Assembly (NCBI GenBank): GCA_023395775.1
Contig: JAEWYA010000244.1
Coordinates: forward strand, 1-42,812
Origin: Bacillota bacterium
Lineage (GTDB): Bacteria; Bacillota; Clostridia; Oscillospirales; Oscillospiraceae
DNA: 42,812 bases
Direction: 5' to 3'
Below, piece after piece: positions 20,086-28,185 of the stretch. The notes under the pieces are model-generated. The model was not told where the DNA came from. It saw only the letters and a program-made list of their open reading frames with translations, and ran no database searches. Made by a program: the position numbers and the translations under genes. Each line of letters begins with the position of its first letter. Position 1 is the first letter of the stretch.

Positions 20086-20122
20086 GCCCCATGGGAGTTT
20101 CCTCTCCCGTGGGGCTTCTTTT
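20086..20122 (+). terminator. Rho-independent terminator
   Basis: GCCCCATGGGAG/CTCCCGTGGGGC stem followed by TTCTTTT. Confidence 0.75.
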
Positions 20123-20293
20123 GATGTTGAAATTTGAAATATATTAGTATATGCTATTAAGCGAATATCGGGTAATGAGTGAACGCAGCAAATAACCTCT
20201 TATTATGCGATTAAAATATTCCGTTTTCCAGTCCCGGGTTCATCACCGTTGATTTCTTATAGATTCTGCGATGTGCTACAAAAGAGGTAAAAT

Positions 20294-21751
20294 GTGAAAA
20301 AACATATATTGCTGCTCAGTAATCTGGTCATTATTTTTTCAATTGTAGTTGGATTCGCTGGCATCGTCTATAAAGATACGACGGCGTATCAGGATCTGGC
20401 GGAAAAGCACATGGAAAATGTTTTGAGTCTTGCAGATAAAAACATTTCAAGCCATATTGAGGATGCCATGACAAAGCCGGTGATGGTCTCCAAAACAATG
20501 GCAAATGATGAGTTTCTGAAAAGATGGCTGATGCAGGAGCCGGAAAATGTCAAAAATGACACATACCTGAAACAGTTATACAGCTACCTGAAAACATATC
20601 AGGAAAAATACGATTATACAACTGTATTCTGTGTTTCTTCGAAGACCGGAAATTATTATTATCAGGACGGTTTGAACAAGACGATTTCCAGGGAAGATAC
20701 TCACGATATCTGGTATTATAATTTTGTCGGGTCCGGGCATGAATATGATTTGGAAGTCGATACAAATCAGACGAAAAACGATTATATTACCGTATTTGTA
20801 AACTTCCGCGTTGAGAGCGAAAGCGGAGAGCTCCTGGGCGTGATTGGCGTGGGCCTTCAGGTTGACGCACTGGAAGATACCGTTTGCTCTTATGAGAAGG
20901 ACTACGGTCTTTCGGTCTACATTATAAATGAGTTGGGTTCAAGAACATCCTTTACAGGTGATACGAGTATTTTTATCAAGAAAGACGATTTGTCAAAGCT
21001 TACTGGAATTACAGACAATATACGGTTAAACGAGTCCGAAAACCCCCTATTGCAATGGTATACTGCAAACGGCGAGAGAAAATGCCTTATAACAAAGTAC
21101 AACGAGACCCTGGGCTGGCACTTTATTCTGGAGATGAATACCAGTTCAATCAGCAGCGTGTTTCAGGATAGAGTCAAGAGTAATATCCTTTTTATGCTCG
21201 CTGCACTGATTGCTTGCACGATGGTTTCAACAACTGTTTTCGTCAATTATAATCAGCGCGTCATTGCGATCGAGAATACAGATGAGCTTACCGGACTTCC
21301 GAATAGAAAGCAATTCTCCAAACTGTACTTGCGGTTCATCCGAAAATACAGGAATCGAAAAAAGACGTTGGTCATGTTCGATATTGACCGTTTTAAAGCG
21401 ATTAACGACACATACGGTCATATATTTGGGAATGAAATTCTCACAATCGTGGGAGAAGAGTTACGGAAAGCAATCAACGGATACGGCATAGCGGCGCGAT
21501 GGGGCGGAGACGAATTCCTGAGCATCTTGACGGTTGAACCGGATAAAGCAAAACAAATCATGGAGCGTTTAATGACCTCGCTGAAAAACCAGGAAAAGGG
21601 CGAGGCTTACAGCGTGACGGTCAGTGTGGGAATTTTAGAGGTAGACAAAAAGCTTGGCATGGAGCAACTGATCAAGAAAGTTGATGAGGCACTGTATCGG
21701 TCAAAAGAGAATGGCCGAAATCAAATATCAATTGTGAATCAGCAGGGATAG
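20294..21751 (+). CDS. Membrane sensor (Cache-like) diguanylate cyclase
   Basis: Two TM segments flanking an extracellular domain (DIWYY); DELTGLPNR, DIDRFKAINDTYGH, RWGGDEF and ALYRSKENGRN motifs; GAGG RBS, GTG start. Confidence 0.9.
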   Translation: MKKHILLLSNLVIIFSIVVGFAGIVYKDTTAYQDLAEKHMENVLSLADKNISSHIEDAMTKPVMVSKTMANDEFLKRWLMQEPENVKNDTYLKQLYSYLKTYQEKYDYTTVFCVSSKTGNYYYQDGLNKTISREDTHDIWYYNFVGSGHEYDLEVDTNQTKNDYITVFVNFRVESESGELLGVIGVGLQVDALEDTVCSYEKDYGLSVYIINELGSRTSFTGDTSIFIKKDDLSKLTGITDNIRLNESENPLLQWYTANGERKCLITKYNETLGWHFILEMNTSSISSVFQDRVKSNILFMLAALIACTMVSTTVFVNYNQRVIAIENTDELTGLPNRKQFSKLYLRFIRKYRNRKKTLVMFDIDRFKAINDTYGHIFGNEILTIVGEELRKAINGYGIAARWGGDEFLSILTVEPDKAKQIMERLMTSLKNQEKGEAYSVTVSVGILEVDKKLGMEQLIKKVDEALYRSKENGRNQISIVNQQG

Positions 21752-21803
21752 TTAGTCAGGATACATCTGCAATTTTACGATACACAATTGCTTGCTAAAG
21801 GCG

Positions 21804-22877
21804 TTACGCCAGCTTCAAGTCGCCGTCCTTCACCCATCCGGCCCTGCGGCACAGGGTGTTGATGGCGGGGGCGAGAAGGGCGGGCAGGACAAAGCAGATC
21901 AGAATCAGCCCCAGCCATTCTGCGGCGCCAGGGACGATGGGGGCTGCGCCTGCATTTACGGCGGCCTCGCTGGGGGCGACCCAGCCGGTATACAGGCCGA
22001 TTTGACCCACCAGGCCGCAAGTGCCCATTCCGGAGGCCACGGGCGGGCCGTTCATCTCCAGTTTGAACAGGCATGTGGCGATAGGGCCGGTGATGGCCGA
22101 GGCGGTGGTGGGAGCAATCCAGATGCGGGGGTTGCGGACGATGTTGGGCATCTGGAGCATGGACGTGCCCAGCCCCTGGGATACAAGGCCGCCCCAGCCG
22201 TTTTCCTTAAAACTCATGACGGCGAAGCCCACCATTTGGGCGCAGCAGCCCGCCACGGCGGCCCCGCCCGCCAGCCCCACCAAGCCAAAGGAGGCGCAGA
22301 TGGCGGCGGAGGAGATGGGCAGTGTCAGCGCCACGCCCACGGTGACCGAGACGAGGATACCCATCAGGAAGGGCTGGAGGTCGGTGGCCCACATGATGAA
22401 GCTGCCCACGGCCATGGCCGACGCGCCGATGGCGGGGGCGATCAGCTTGGCCAGGGATACGCCCACAAAGACTGTGACCGCGGGGGTGACAAGGATATCT
22501 ACCTTCGTCTCCTTGGATACGGCCTTGCCGAATTCGGCGGCGATGATGGCGATGAACAGCACGGCCAGCGGGCCGCCCGCGCCGCCCTCTTTGTTGGCGG
22601 CCCAGCCCACTGCTGCCAGGGAATAGAGCACCAACGGGTCGGCCTTAAGTGCGTAGCCAATGGCCACGGCCATGGCCGGGCCAGCCATTTCAAAAGCGTA
22701 CTGCCCAACGTCGACGAGAAACTGCCAGCCAATCTGCTGGCCCAGCGTTTTGAGGATCGTGCCGATGAGCAGCGAGCAGAACAGGCCGTGGGCCATATAG
22801 CCCAGAGCGTCGATGCCGTAGCGGTGGGCGGAGATGACGATGTTTTTGCGGGTCAGGAACGCGCGAAAGTCTCTCAT
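21804..22877 (-). CDS. PTS EIIC-2/PfoR-family integral membrane protein (candidate NiaR-controlled transporter, NiaY-like)
   Basis: DALGYMAHGLFCSLLIGTIL, ETKVDILVTP, LTLPISSAAI, GLGTSMLQMPNI and SGMGTCGLVG motifs; about 9-10 TM segments; no EIIA/EIIB nearby. Confidence 0.85.
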   Translation of the reverse strand: MRDFRAFLTRKNIVISAHRYGIDALGYMAHGLFCSLLIGTILKTLGQQIGWQFLVDVGQYAFEMAGPAMAVAIGYALKADPLVLYSLAAVGWAANKEGGAGGPLAVLFIAIIAAEFGKAVSKETKVDILVTPAVTVFVGVSLAKLIAPAIGASAMAVGSFIMWATDLQPFLMGILVSVTVGVALTLPISSAAICASFGLVGLAGGAAVAGCCAQMVGFAVMSFKENGWGGLVSQGLGTSMLQMPNIVRNPRIWIAPTTASAITGPIATCLFKLEMNGPPVASGMGTCGLVGQIGLYTGWVAPSEAAVNAGAAPIVPGAAEWLGLILICFVLPALLAPAINTLCRRAGWVKDGDLKLA

Positions 22878-22897
22878 AGGGAGCACCTGCTTTCAAA

Positions 22898-22949
22898 AAA
22901 ATCCAATGTACATATACGTGTCATGACACATATATGTACATTGGATTTT
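22898..22949. promoter_or_regulatory. 52-bp near-perfect palindrome containing a NiaR-type operator core (TGTCATGACA)
   Basis: AAAATCCAATGTACATATACGTGTCA|TGACACATATATGTACATTGGATTTT; one mismatched pair (22917/22930). Confidence 0.75.
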
Positions 22950-22973
22950 ATCTCAGACATGGTGTCTTGTCAA
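22945..22973 (-). promoter_or_regulatory. Sigma-A promoter of the PTS-EIIC-2 gene
   Basis: Minus strand TTGACA-N17-TAAAAT. Confidence 0.75.
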
Positions 22974-22976
22974 CTG

Positions 22977-23489
22977 TCAATCTGACAAAAGAATCCCCAG
23001 TTTTTGCAGGACGGCCAGTACCCTTTGGAATGCCGCCTCGTTGGGGCAGGCGAGGGTATGGAGGTGGATACCCTCGGTTAGGTCGGACAGAGGCTTGGCG
23101 TCGGAGCGGTCGCACCGGCACAGGAATTCCTCCACGTCATAGCGGCTGGACATCCGCAATGGGCCGGTCAGCTGGCCATAAATGGGGTGCTCCACGATCA
23201 CATCCAGCACGGTGCAGCCCTGATCCACCATGGCGTTGAGCTCTGAGCGCATTCCGGCGGCGTCGTGGCGGCACGCCACCTGACGCACAAGGCCCGGCGC
23301 TACCTGTCCGGTCACGTATCCCCGGGGCGTGGCGGACACATCCAGTCCCCCGGCACGCAGCAGAGCCACATCTCCCACAATTACCTGGCGGCTGACGCCC
23401 AGCCGCGCTGCCAGAGCCGATGCAGAGACCGGCTGGTCCGCCTGTTCCAGAATGCATCTGATTGCCGCTCTGCGTTCGTCTGCCCGCAT
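22977..23489 (-). CDS. niaR: NiaR/YrxA-family transcription repressor (HTH plus 3H domain)
   Basis: VSASALAARLGVSRQVIVGDVALLR HTH; ATPRGY; 3H-domain His residues in CRH, EHPIYG and GIHLHT. Confidence 0.88.
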   Translation of the reverse strand: MRADERRAAIRCILEQADQPVSASALAARLGVSRQVIVGDVALLRAGGLDVSATPRGYVTGQVAPGLVRQVACRHDAAGMRSELNAMVDQGCTVLDVIVEHPIYGQLTGPLRMSSRYDVEEFLCRCDRSDAKPLSDLTEGIHLHTLACPNEAAFQRVLAVLQKLGILLSD

Positions 23490-23536
23490 GTCCCGTTCCT
23501 CCTGTCCTGACAGCTGTCAGGTGCTGTTTGCAAACA

Positions 23537-23565
23537 AGTGTATCACACCTGCGCTGTCCTGACAA
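23537..23565 (-). promoter_or_regulatory. Sigma-A-like promoter of niaR with an operator overlapping the -35
   Basis: Minus strand TTGTCA-N17-TACACT with extended TG; TGTCCTGACA at 23555-23564. Confidence 0.6.
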
Positions 23566-23638
23566 CCATCCCCGGCGTACTTTTTGCAGGGAGATCCCAA
23601 GCAAAAATACTGTGCCCCAACCGCCGTGGCTAATGCGT

Positions 23639-23674
23639 AAAAAGCCCTGTATTCACTAAGAATACAGGGCTTTT
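23639..23674 (-). terminator. Terminator of rplM-rpsI
   Basis: AAAAGCCCTGTATTC/GAATACAGGGCTTTT hairpin about 11 nt past the rpsI stop. Confidence 0.85.
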
Positions 23675-23685
23675 CGCTGATTTGA

Positions 23686-24090
23686 TTATCTCTTGGAGAA
23701 CTGGGGCGCGCGACGGGCGGCCTTCAGGCCGTACTTCTTGCGCTCCTTCATACGGGGGTCGCGGGTCAGGAACCCGGCCTTCTTCAGGATGGGACGGTTG
23801 TCCTCGCTGGCCAGCAGCAGGGCGCGGGCAATACCGTGCCGCAGAGCGCCGGCCTGACCGGACACGCCGCCGCCGGTGACGGTGGCGACAACGTCCATCT
23901 TACCGGTGTTGTCGGTGGCCTCCAGAGGCTGACGCACCACCATCTTCAGGGTGTCCAGGCCGAAATACTCGTCGATGTCGCGGCCGTTGATGGTAACGGC
24001 GCCGGTGCCGTTGGGGAACAGATGGACGCGGGCAACAGAGGACTTTCTCCGGCCGGTGCCGTACAGATAGGGCTTCTTAGACTGATACAT
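23686..24090 (-). CDS. rpsI: 30S ribosomal protein S9
   Basis: [31 protein letters not shown] and [19 protein letters not shown]. Confidence 0.99.
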   Translation of the reverse strand: MYQSKKPYLYGTGRRKSSVARVHLFPNGTGAVTINGRDIDEYFGLDTLKMVVRQPLEATDNTGKMDVVATVTGGGVSGQAGALRHGIARALLLASEDNRPILKKAGFLTRDPRMKERKKYGLKAARRAPQFSKR

Positions 24091-24104
24091 TCTGTTCTTC
24101 CTCC

Positions 24105-24536
24105 TTATTCCGCGTCGAGCGCCACGGGCTTCTGTGCCTGCTGCTCGTAGTTTTCATCGGCATAGATGTGCAGGCGGGTCAGGGAAGTGCGGCCCACGCT
24201 GTTCTTGGGCAGCATGCCGCGCACGGCTTCGCGCATGGCGAGCTCCGGCTTTTCCTGCATCAGGATGCGATAGGGAGTCTCTTTCAGACCGCCGATCCAG
24301 CCGGAGTGGGTCCGGTAGATCTTCTGGGTACCTTTGTTACCAGTCAGCACCGCCTTGCCGGCGTTGATGATGACAACAAAATCGCCGCAGTCGGCGTGGG
24401 GAGTAAAGGTGGGCTTGGTCTTGCCGCGCAGGATGTCGGCAGCCCGAACGGCCGTCTTGCCCAGGGGCTTGCCGGCGGCGTCCAGGATGTACCACTTGCG
24501 CTCAATATTGGACGCATTCGCCATAAAAGTGGACAT
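24105..24536 (-). CDS. rplM: 50S ribosomal protein L13
   Basis: [28 protein letters not shown] and AVRGMLPKN. Confidence 0.99.
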   Translation of the reverse strand: MSTFMANASNIERKWYILDAAGKPLGKTAVRAADILRGKTKPTFTPHADCGDFVVIINAGKAVLTGNKGTQKIYRTHSGWIGGLKETPYRILMQEKPELAMREAVRGMLPKNSVGRTSLTRLHIYADENYEQQAQKPVALDAE

Positions 24537-24612
24537 ATTTTTTCCTCCGTATATGAAATTCTTGATTTTCTTTACAAACCTGACGGTTCAGGGTAAAATC
24601 AAAGCAAGATTA

Positions 24613-24641
24613 TTTATACCACCGGCTCCTCTCAAAGTCAA
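24613..24641 (-). promoter_or_regulatory. Sigma-A promoter of rplM-rpsI
   Basis: Minus strand TTGACT-N17-TATAAA. Confidence 0.65.
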
Positions 24642-24735
24642 TACGAAATTAATTTAGTGGCGATGTACCTCATTATATCTTTTATTTTCTATCGATATCT
24701 CTCAAAATCTAGCTTTCAATTTTAATCTTGCGTAG

Positions 24736-24762
24736 AAAAACGGAGACGGTGCGCCGCCTCCG
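24736..24762 (-). terminator. Terminator after bofA
   Basis: Minus strand GCGGAGGCGG-CGCA-CCGTCTCCGT followed by TTTT. Confidence 0.6.
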
Positions 24763-24782
24763 CTCTGAATCGTATGTAGCCG

Positions 24783-25046
24783 CTACAAGATCCACTGTAC
24801 CAACAGCAGCAGCACAAACCCGGGCAGACCCAAGATCCCCACGATCAGGGCATTCCAGAGATTCAGCCCCAATGTAATGCCGGTCAGCGGGGCCGTCAGG
24901 CCCGCGAGGTACAGGGCAAGAAAGCCAAGAAGCGTATTGACCAGCAGCTTCAGGGCCAGCCGCAGCGGCGTTTTGAAAATACGCAGCAGAGCTGCCAGCA
25001 GGAATACCGCCAGCAGTCCTACCACTACTTTTTGACTCAGGTCCAT
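24783..25046 (-). CDS. bofA: Pro-sigmaK processing inhibitor BofA family protein
   Basis: 87 aa, hydrophobic; KLLVNTLLG and LGLNLWNALIVGILGLPG motifs; GGAGG RBS; downstream of yaaL. Confidence 0.88.
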   Translation of the reverse strand: MDLSQKVVVGLLAVFLLAALLRIFKTPLRLALKLLVNTLLGFLALYLAGLTAPLTGITLGLNLWNALIVGILGLPGFVLLLLVQWIL

Positions 25047-25300
25047 GTGGCGGCCTCCTCCGTCTTTGCCATCGCCGCCGTGTCGGGGCAGCGGGCCTTG
25101 ATCATGCGGATCAGATAATTGCACCGGGCCTTGGCTGCACTGATCTGAAAGACACAGGATTCCACCAGCTCCGGGTCCGTGGCCAGATCAAACTGGCGGT
25201 ACGCCAGAGACAGCTCGCCCTGGGCCGCCTGCAGCTCGTTTTGCAGGACCGTCAGCATGGGGTCCTGCGCGGGACGTTTGGAAAAGAACGCGTTTTTCAT
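25037..25300 (-). CDS. YaaL/DUF2508 family protein
   Basis: AYRQFDLATDPELVESCVFQISAAKARCNYLIRMIK pattern; yaaL-bofA synteny. Confidence 0.8.
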   Translation of the reverse strand: MKNAFFSKRPAQDPMLTVLQNELQAAQGELSLAYRQFDLATDPELVESCVFQISAAKARCNYLIRMIKARCPDTAAMAKTEEAATWT

Positions 25301-25381
25301 ACGACTCCCCCATTTCCTTACGCTCTATATCTTACGGGAAGTTTGGACAATTATTCCAATTTTTAAACAGGAGAGAACTGC

Positions 25382-25846
25382 ATGGAGCACGAGAGTTATA
25401 TGCGCCGGGCGCTGATCCTGGCCCGGCAAGCGGCGGAGGCCGGAGAGGTTCCGGTGGGATGCGTCGTCGTCCGTGACGGCGAGATCATTGGCGAGGGCCG
25501 CAACCGACGTGAGGAGCTGGCTTCCGCCGCTTCTCACGCGGAGATGGAGGCCATTGCGGCCGCCAACGCGCGCATTGGCAGCTGGCGTCTGGACGGCTGT
25601 ACGCTGTATGTGACGCTGGAGCCCTGCCCCATGTGTGCCGGAGCGATCCTGAACGCCCGAATTTCCAAGGTTTTTTACGGCGCGCGGGACCCGGCCTTCG
25701 GAGCCTGCGGCGGTGTGACGAATTTGTTTATGGAGGACTTCCCTAACCCACCCGCGCTGGTGGGCGGCGTGCTGGCGGAGGAATGCAGGGCAGTACTGGG
25801 AGCGTTTTTTCAAAGCCTCCGAAGCGACAGGGAAACCGGCGAGTAG
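25382..25846 (+). CDS. tadA: tRNA adenosine(34) deaminase
   Basis: GEVPVGCVVV, HAEMEAI, LYVTLEPCPMCAGAI and GARDPAFGACG. Confidence 0.9.
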   Translation: MEHESYMRRALILARQAAEAGEVPVGCVVVRDGEIIGEGRNRREELASAASHAEMEAIAAANARIGSWRLDGCTLYVTLEPCPMCAGAILNARISKVFYGARDPAFGACGGVTNLFMEDFPNPPALVGGVLAEECRAVLGAFFQSLRSDRETGE

Positions 25847-26212
25847 AAATTCATCGAATAAGCTCCGAGATTTATAGACTTTTGTAATTTTTTTCTTTGA
25901 TACCAACTGAGCTAAAGCGGACTGTGCCGCAATTGTGAACGATAAACACCCGGAGAGCTAAATGCTCCCCGGGTGTCTTCTATTTCTCTCATTTCCCTTA
26001 AGTAGAAAACCCCACCGCTGCGGTAAAACACTGGAGACAATGCTAGGTGACTATCCATCGGGCGGCCTATTTACGCGCAAAACCGCCCAACTATGCCACG
26101 CAAAAGTGTCGCGACGCCAACGAGCTTGGAATATACTGACTTAGGCGGAGTGGCTTCAAGGGCTTATCAGATATCTTTTTATTTAACTGAATGGTAATGA
26201 GGTGTGATCATT

Positions 26213-27133
26213 TTGACAGCAGATGAATTTGTGAAACAATCGCTTGCCCTGCATTTGTTTTTCGGCAGGGTCATGAAAGAACACTCATTTTTTTTAGAAA
26301 TAGGCTTTACACCTAGAGACGGAAATTACGTAAACCAGGCGGATTCATACCGCAATGCCTTTGACGCATTGCTGGCAGATGCAATTGCTCTGTCAAACGG
26401 AATTGTAAGTCAAGAAGTACTGCAATCCGGCGAGATCGTGACGCCATATACGTTACAAGCTGAGATGCTGTCTGTATACTATACGGGAGTCCGCATTCAA
26501 ACGGATCTTACTCAATCCGAGCACGGCTTGTCTGGAGACGGGATGACGAGCAATGCAATACTCGAGCAAAGGGTTTATTATTTAAATGATAATGCAATAG
26601 AATTAACAAATTCACTTATTCAGTTTAAGGCAAATATTCTCTCAAATGTTTTATCCTGCCGAATGTTTACCGTAAATTACCCGCTATTAATCGATCATAT
26701 TATGAGAGAAGCAAAGCTCTATGTATCGATGCTGCAAAAATTACAGAGCAGACAGGACGTAAACATCGAGAGCGAAGCGTTTGAACAGGAATCTTTTTGG
26801 AACCGAATTATGGCTGAACATTCCAAATTCATCCGTGGCCTCCTTGATCCGACAGAAAATGACCTGTTCATGGCTGCAAACAACTTCGGAAATGAGTTTG
26901 ACCAGTTAACAAGCGCAGCTTTACAAGCTATGGACAGAACGATCCCATTAAAGAAGGTTACCGCTGACAGTTTGGAAGCAACAGCAAAAATTCGAGATTT
27001 TAACACAGCTGGGACGCAGGGACTGCTTGATTGCAAAATTAAGTCTATGATTATACCGCTATTGGGAGATCATGTTTTGCGGGAGTCAAATCATTATCTG
27101 CGCTTACTAAATATGTTTGGAAAAGCTCTGTGA
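26213..27133 (+). CDS. DUF2935 domain-containing protein (internally duplicated)
   Basis: Repeated FFGRVMKEHSFF/FWNRIMAEHSKFIRGLLDP and PLLIDHIMRE/PLLGDHVLRE. TTG 26213 fits the GAGGTG RBS spacing better than GTG 26204. AT-richer than the flanks. Confidence 0.85.
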   Translation: MTADEFVKQSLALHLFFGRVMKEHSFFLEIGFTPRDGNYVNQADSYRNAFDALLADAIALSNGIVSQEVLQSGEIVTPYTLQAEMLSVYYTGVRIQTDLTQSEHGLSGDGMTSNAILEQRVYYLNDNAIELTNSLIQFKANILSNVLSCRMFTVNYPLLIDHIMREAKLYVSMLQKLQSRQDVNIESEAFEQESFWNRIMAEHSKFIRGLLDPTENDLFMAANNFGNEFDQLTSAALQAMDRTIPLKKVTADSLEATAKIRDFNTAGTQGLLDCKIKSMIIPLLGDHVLRESNHYLRLLNMFGKAL

Positions 27134-27326
27134 GATTTAAACCTGATTGCATATGCATTTACTAATTAAATAAGTCAAACTGCGTTGCAGTTGTAAACGA
27201 TAAAATCTTGGGTTCCAAACGCTTGGATTTAAGACTTTTGTAACAATTCGGGCTGGTTTTGTTAACAGAACTCCTGTATCTTAATATTTGCAAGAGACAA
27301 AACTTCTTTTCATCCAATCTTCCAAA

Positions 27327-27362
27327 GCAAAACAGACCAGCCTGCCGGCTGGCCTGTTTTGT
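27327..27362. terminator. Terminator-like hairpin downstream of DUF2935
   Basis: GCAAAACAGACCAGCC/GGCTGGCCTGTTTTGT with one mismatch and one terminal G-U. Confidence 0.5.
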
Positions 27363-27423
27363 TATTTGGCAGTTCATTTGGCATTTCAGAAGTTCGCCGG
27401 ACTTCTTCGGCAGATATACGCGC

Positions 27424-27451
27424 AAAAGCAGGGGAAAGTTCCCCTGCTTTT
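27424..27451 (-). terminator. Terminator for the small gene downstream of spoIIID
   Basis: AAAAGCAGGGGA/TCCCCTGCTTTT hairpin 6 nt past the stop. Confidence 0.75.
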
Positions 27452-27457
27452 CACGAT

Positions 27458-27697
27458 TCAGCTCTGCGCATCCTTGCCGGGCCAATTCACGGCGGTCTGC
27501 TCCAGCAGCGTCTTGATCTCGCTGAGCAGCTCATTTTGATAGCTGAGCGCGCAGCATATGTAATGCAGGGTGGTTTCCGTGGATGCCGAGGCATAGGGCT
27601 GTGGAATGGGGTGAGGCCACCGGTGAACCTCAGGTTCGCAAGCGGCCGCCGCCACGACAGCAGACGCAGTCCGGCAGCGGTTGGAACGGTTTGCCAT
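27458..27697 (-). CDS. Small hypothetical protein (79 aa), possibly sporulation-associated
   Basis: GGAGGG RBS, ATG 27697 and its own terminator; immediately downstream of spoIIID. Confidence 0.65.
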   Translation of the reverse strand: MANRSNRCRTASAVVAAAACEPEVHRWPHPIPQPYASASTETTLHYICCALSYQNELLSEIKTLLEQTAVNWPGKDAQS

Positions 27698-27753
27698 AGG
27701 AAATCCCTCCAATTTCTTGACTATGCCATTTTATGCGCATTGTCCGCCCTGCG

Positions 27754-28008
27754 TCACCGGTGCTCATGAAGATATTTTTCTTTGGTGGCAATGCCGCCGC
27801 GGATGTGGCGCTCCTGCTTATTCACGTCCAGCACCTGCCGCGCCAGCGCCGCCAGCGCCGGATTTATCCTGGGAAGCCGTTCTGTAATGTCTTTATGTAC
27901 GGTTGATTTTGAAATCCCAAACTTTCCCGCGGCGGCGCGGACCGTCGCGCGGTTTTCTATGATGTACTGGGCCAGCTGCTCGGCCCGCTCCTCCATGTTT
28001 CCCTTCAA
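27754..28008 (-). CDS. spoIIID: Sporulation transcription regulator SpoIIID
   Basis: EERAEQLAQYIIENRATVRAAAGKFGISKSTVHKDITERL and NKQERHIRGGIATKEKY; TTG start. Confidence 0.96.
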   Translation of the reverse strand: MKGNMEERAEQLAQYIIENRATVRAAAGKFGISKSTVHKDITERLPRINPALAALARQVLDVNKQERHIRGGIATKEKYLHEHR

Positions 28009-28038
28009 AAAGCAACACTCCCCGCCTTGCGTTGCTCC

Positions 28039-28066
28039 ATCTTATGCGGAAAATTGGGCGGTTATG
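28039..28066 (-). promoter_or_regulatory. Sigma-E-like promoter of spoIIID
   Basis: Minus strand CATA-N16-CATAAGAT; spoIIID is sigma-E dependent in B. subtilis. Confidence 0.65.
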
Positions 28067-28185
28067 TGCGTTTCGGAGCACGGGACCGCCGGTACGGTAA
28101 TTTGCTGCTTGGCGCGGCCGTGGCGCGGTACCGACTGCCCGCGGGTTTCAATTCAAGTTTTAGAATCAATCATGGAAACAAATAC

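Noticed and set aside
20160..20290. Possible c-di-GMP riboswitch in the DGC leader
   Set aside because: Lacks the class I (GCAAA, GNRA/receptor) and class II signatures; only weak pairing.
21804..22877. A functional PTS sugar transporter
   Set aside because: No EIIA/EIIB domains or genes; the NiaR context argues for another role.
25847..26200. Intact tRNA or SRP RNA downstream of tadA
   Set aside because: Only a 21-nt tRNA-like 5' fragment; no anticodon or T arm, and no SRP domain IV motif.
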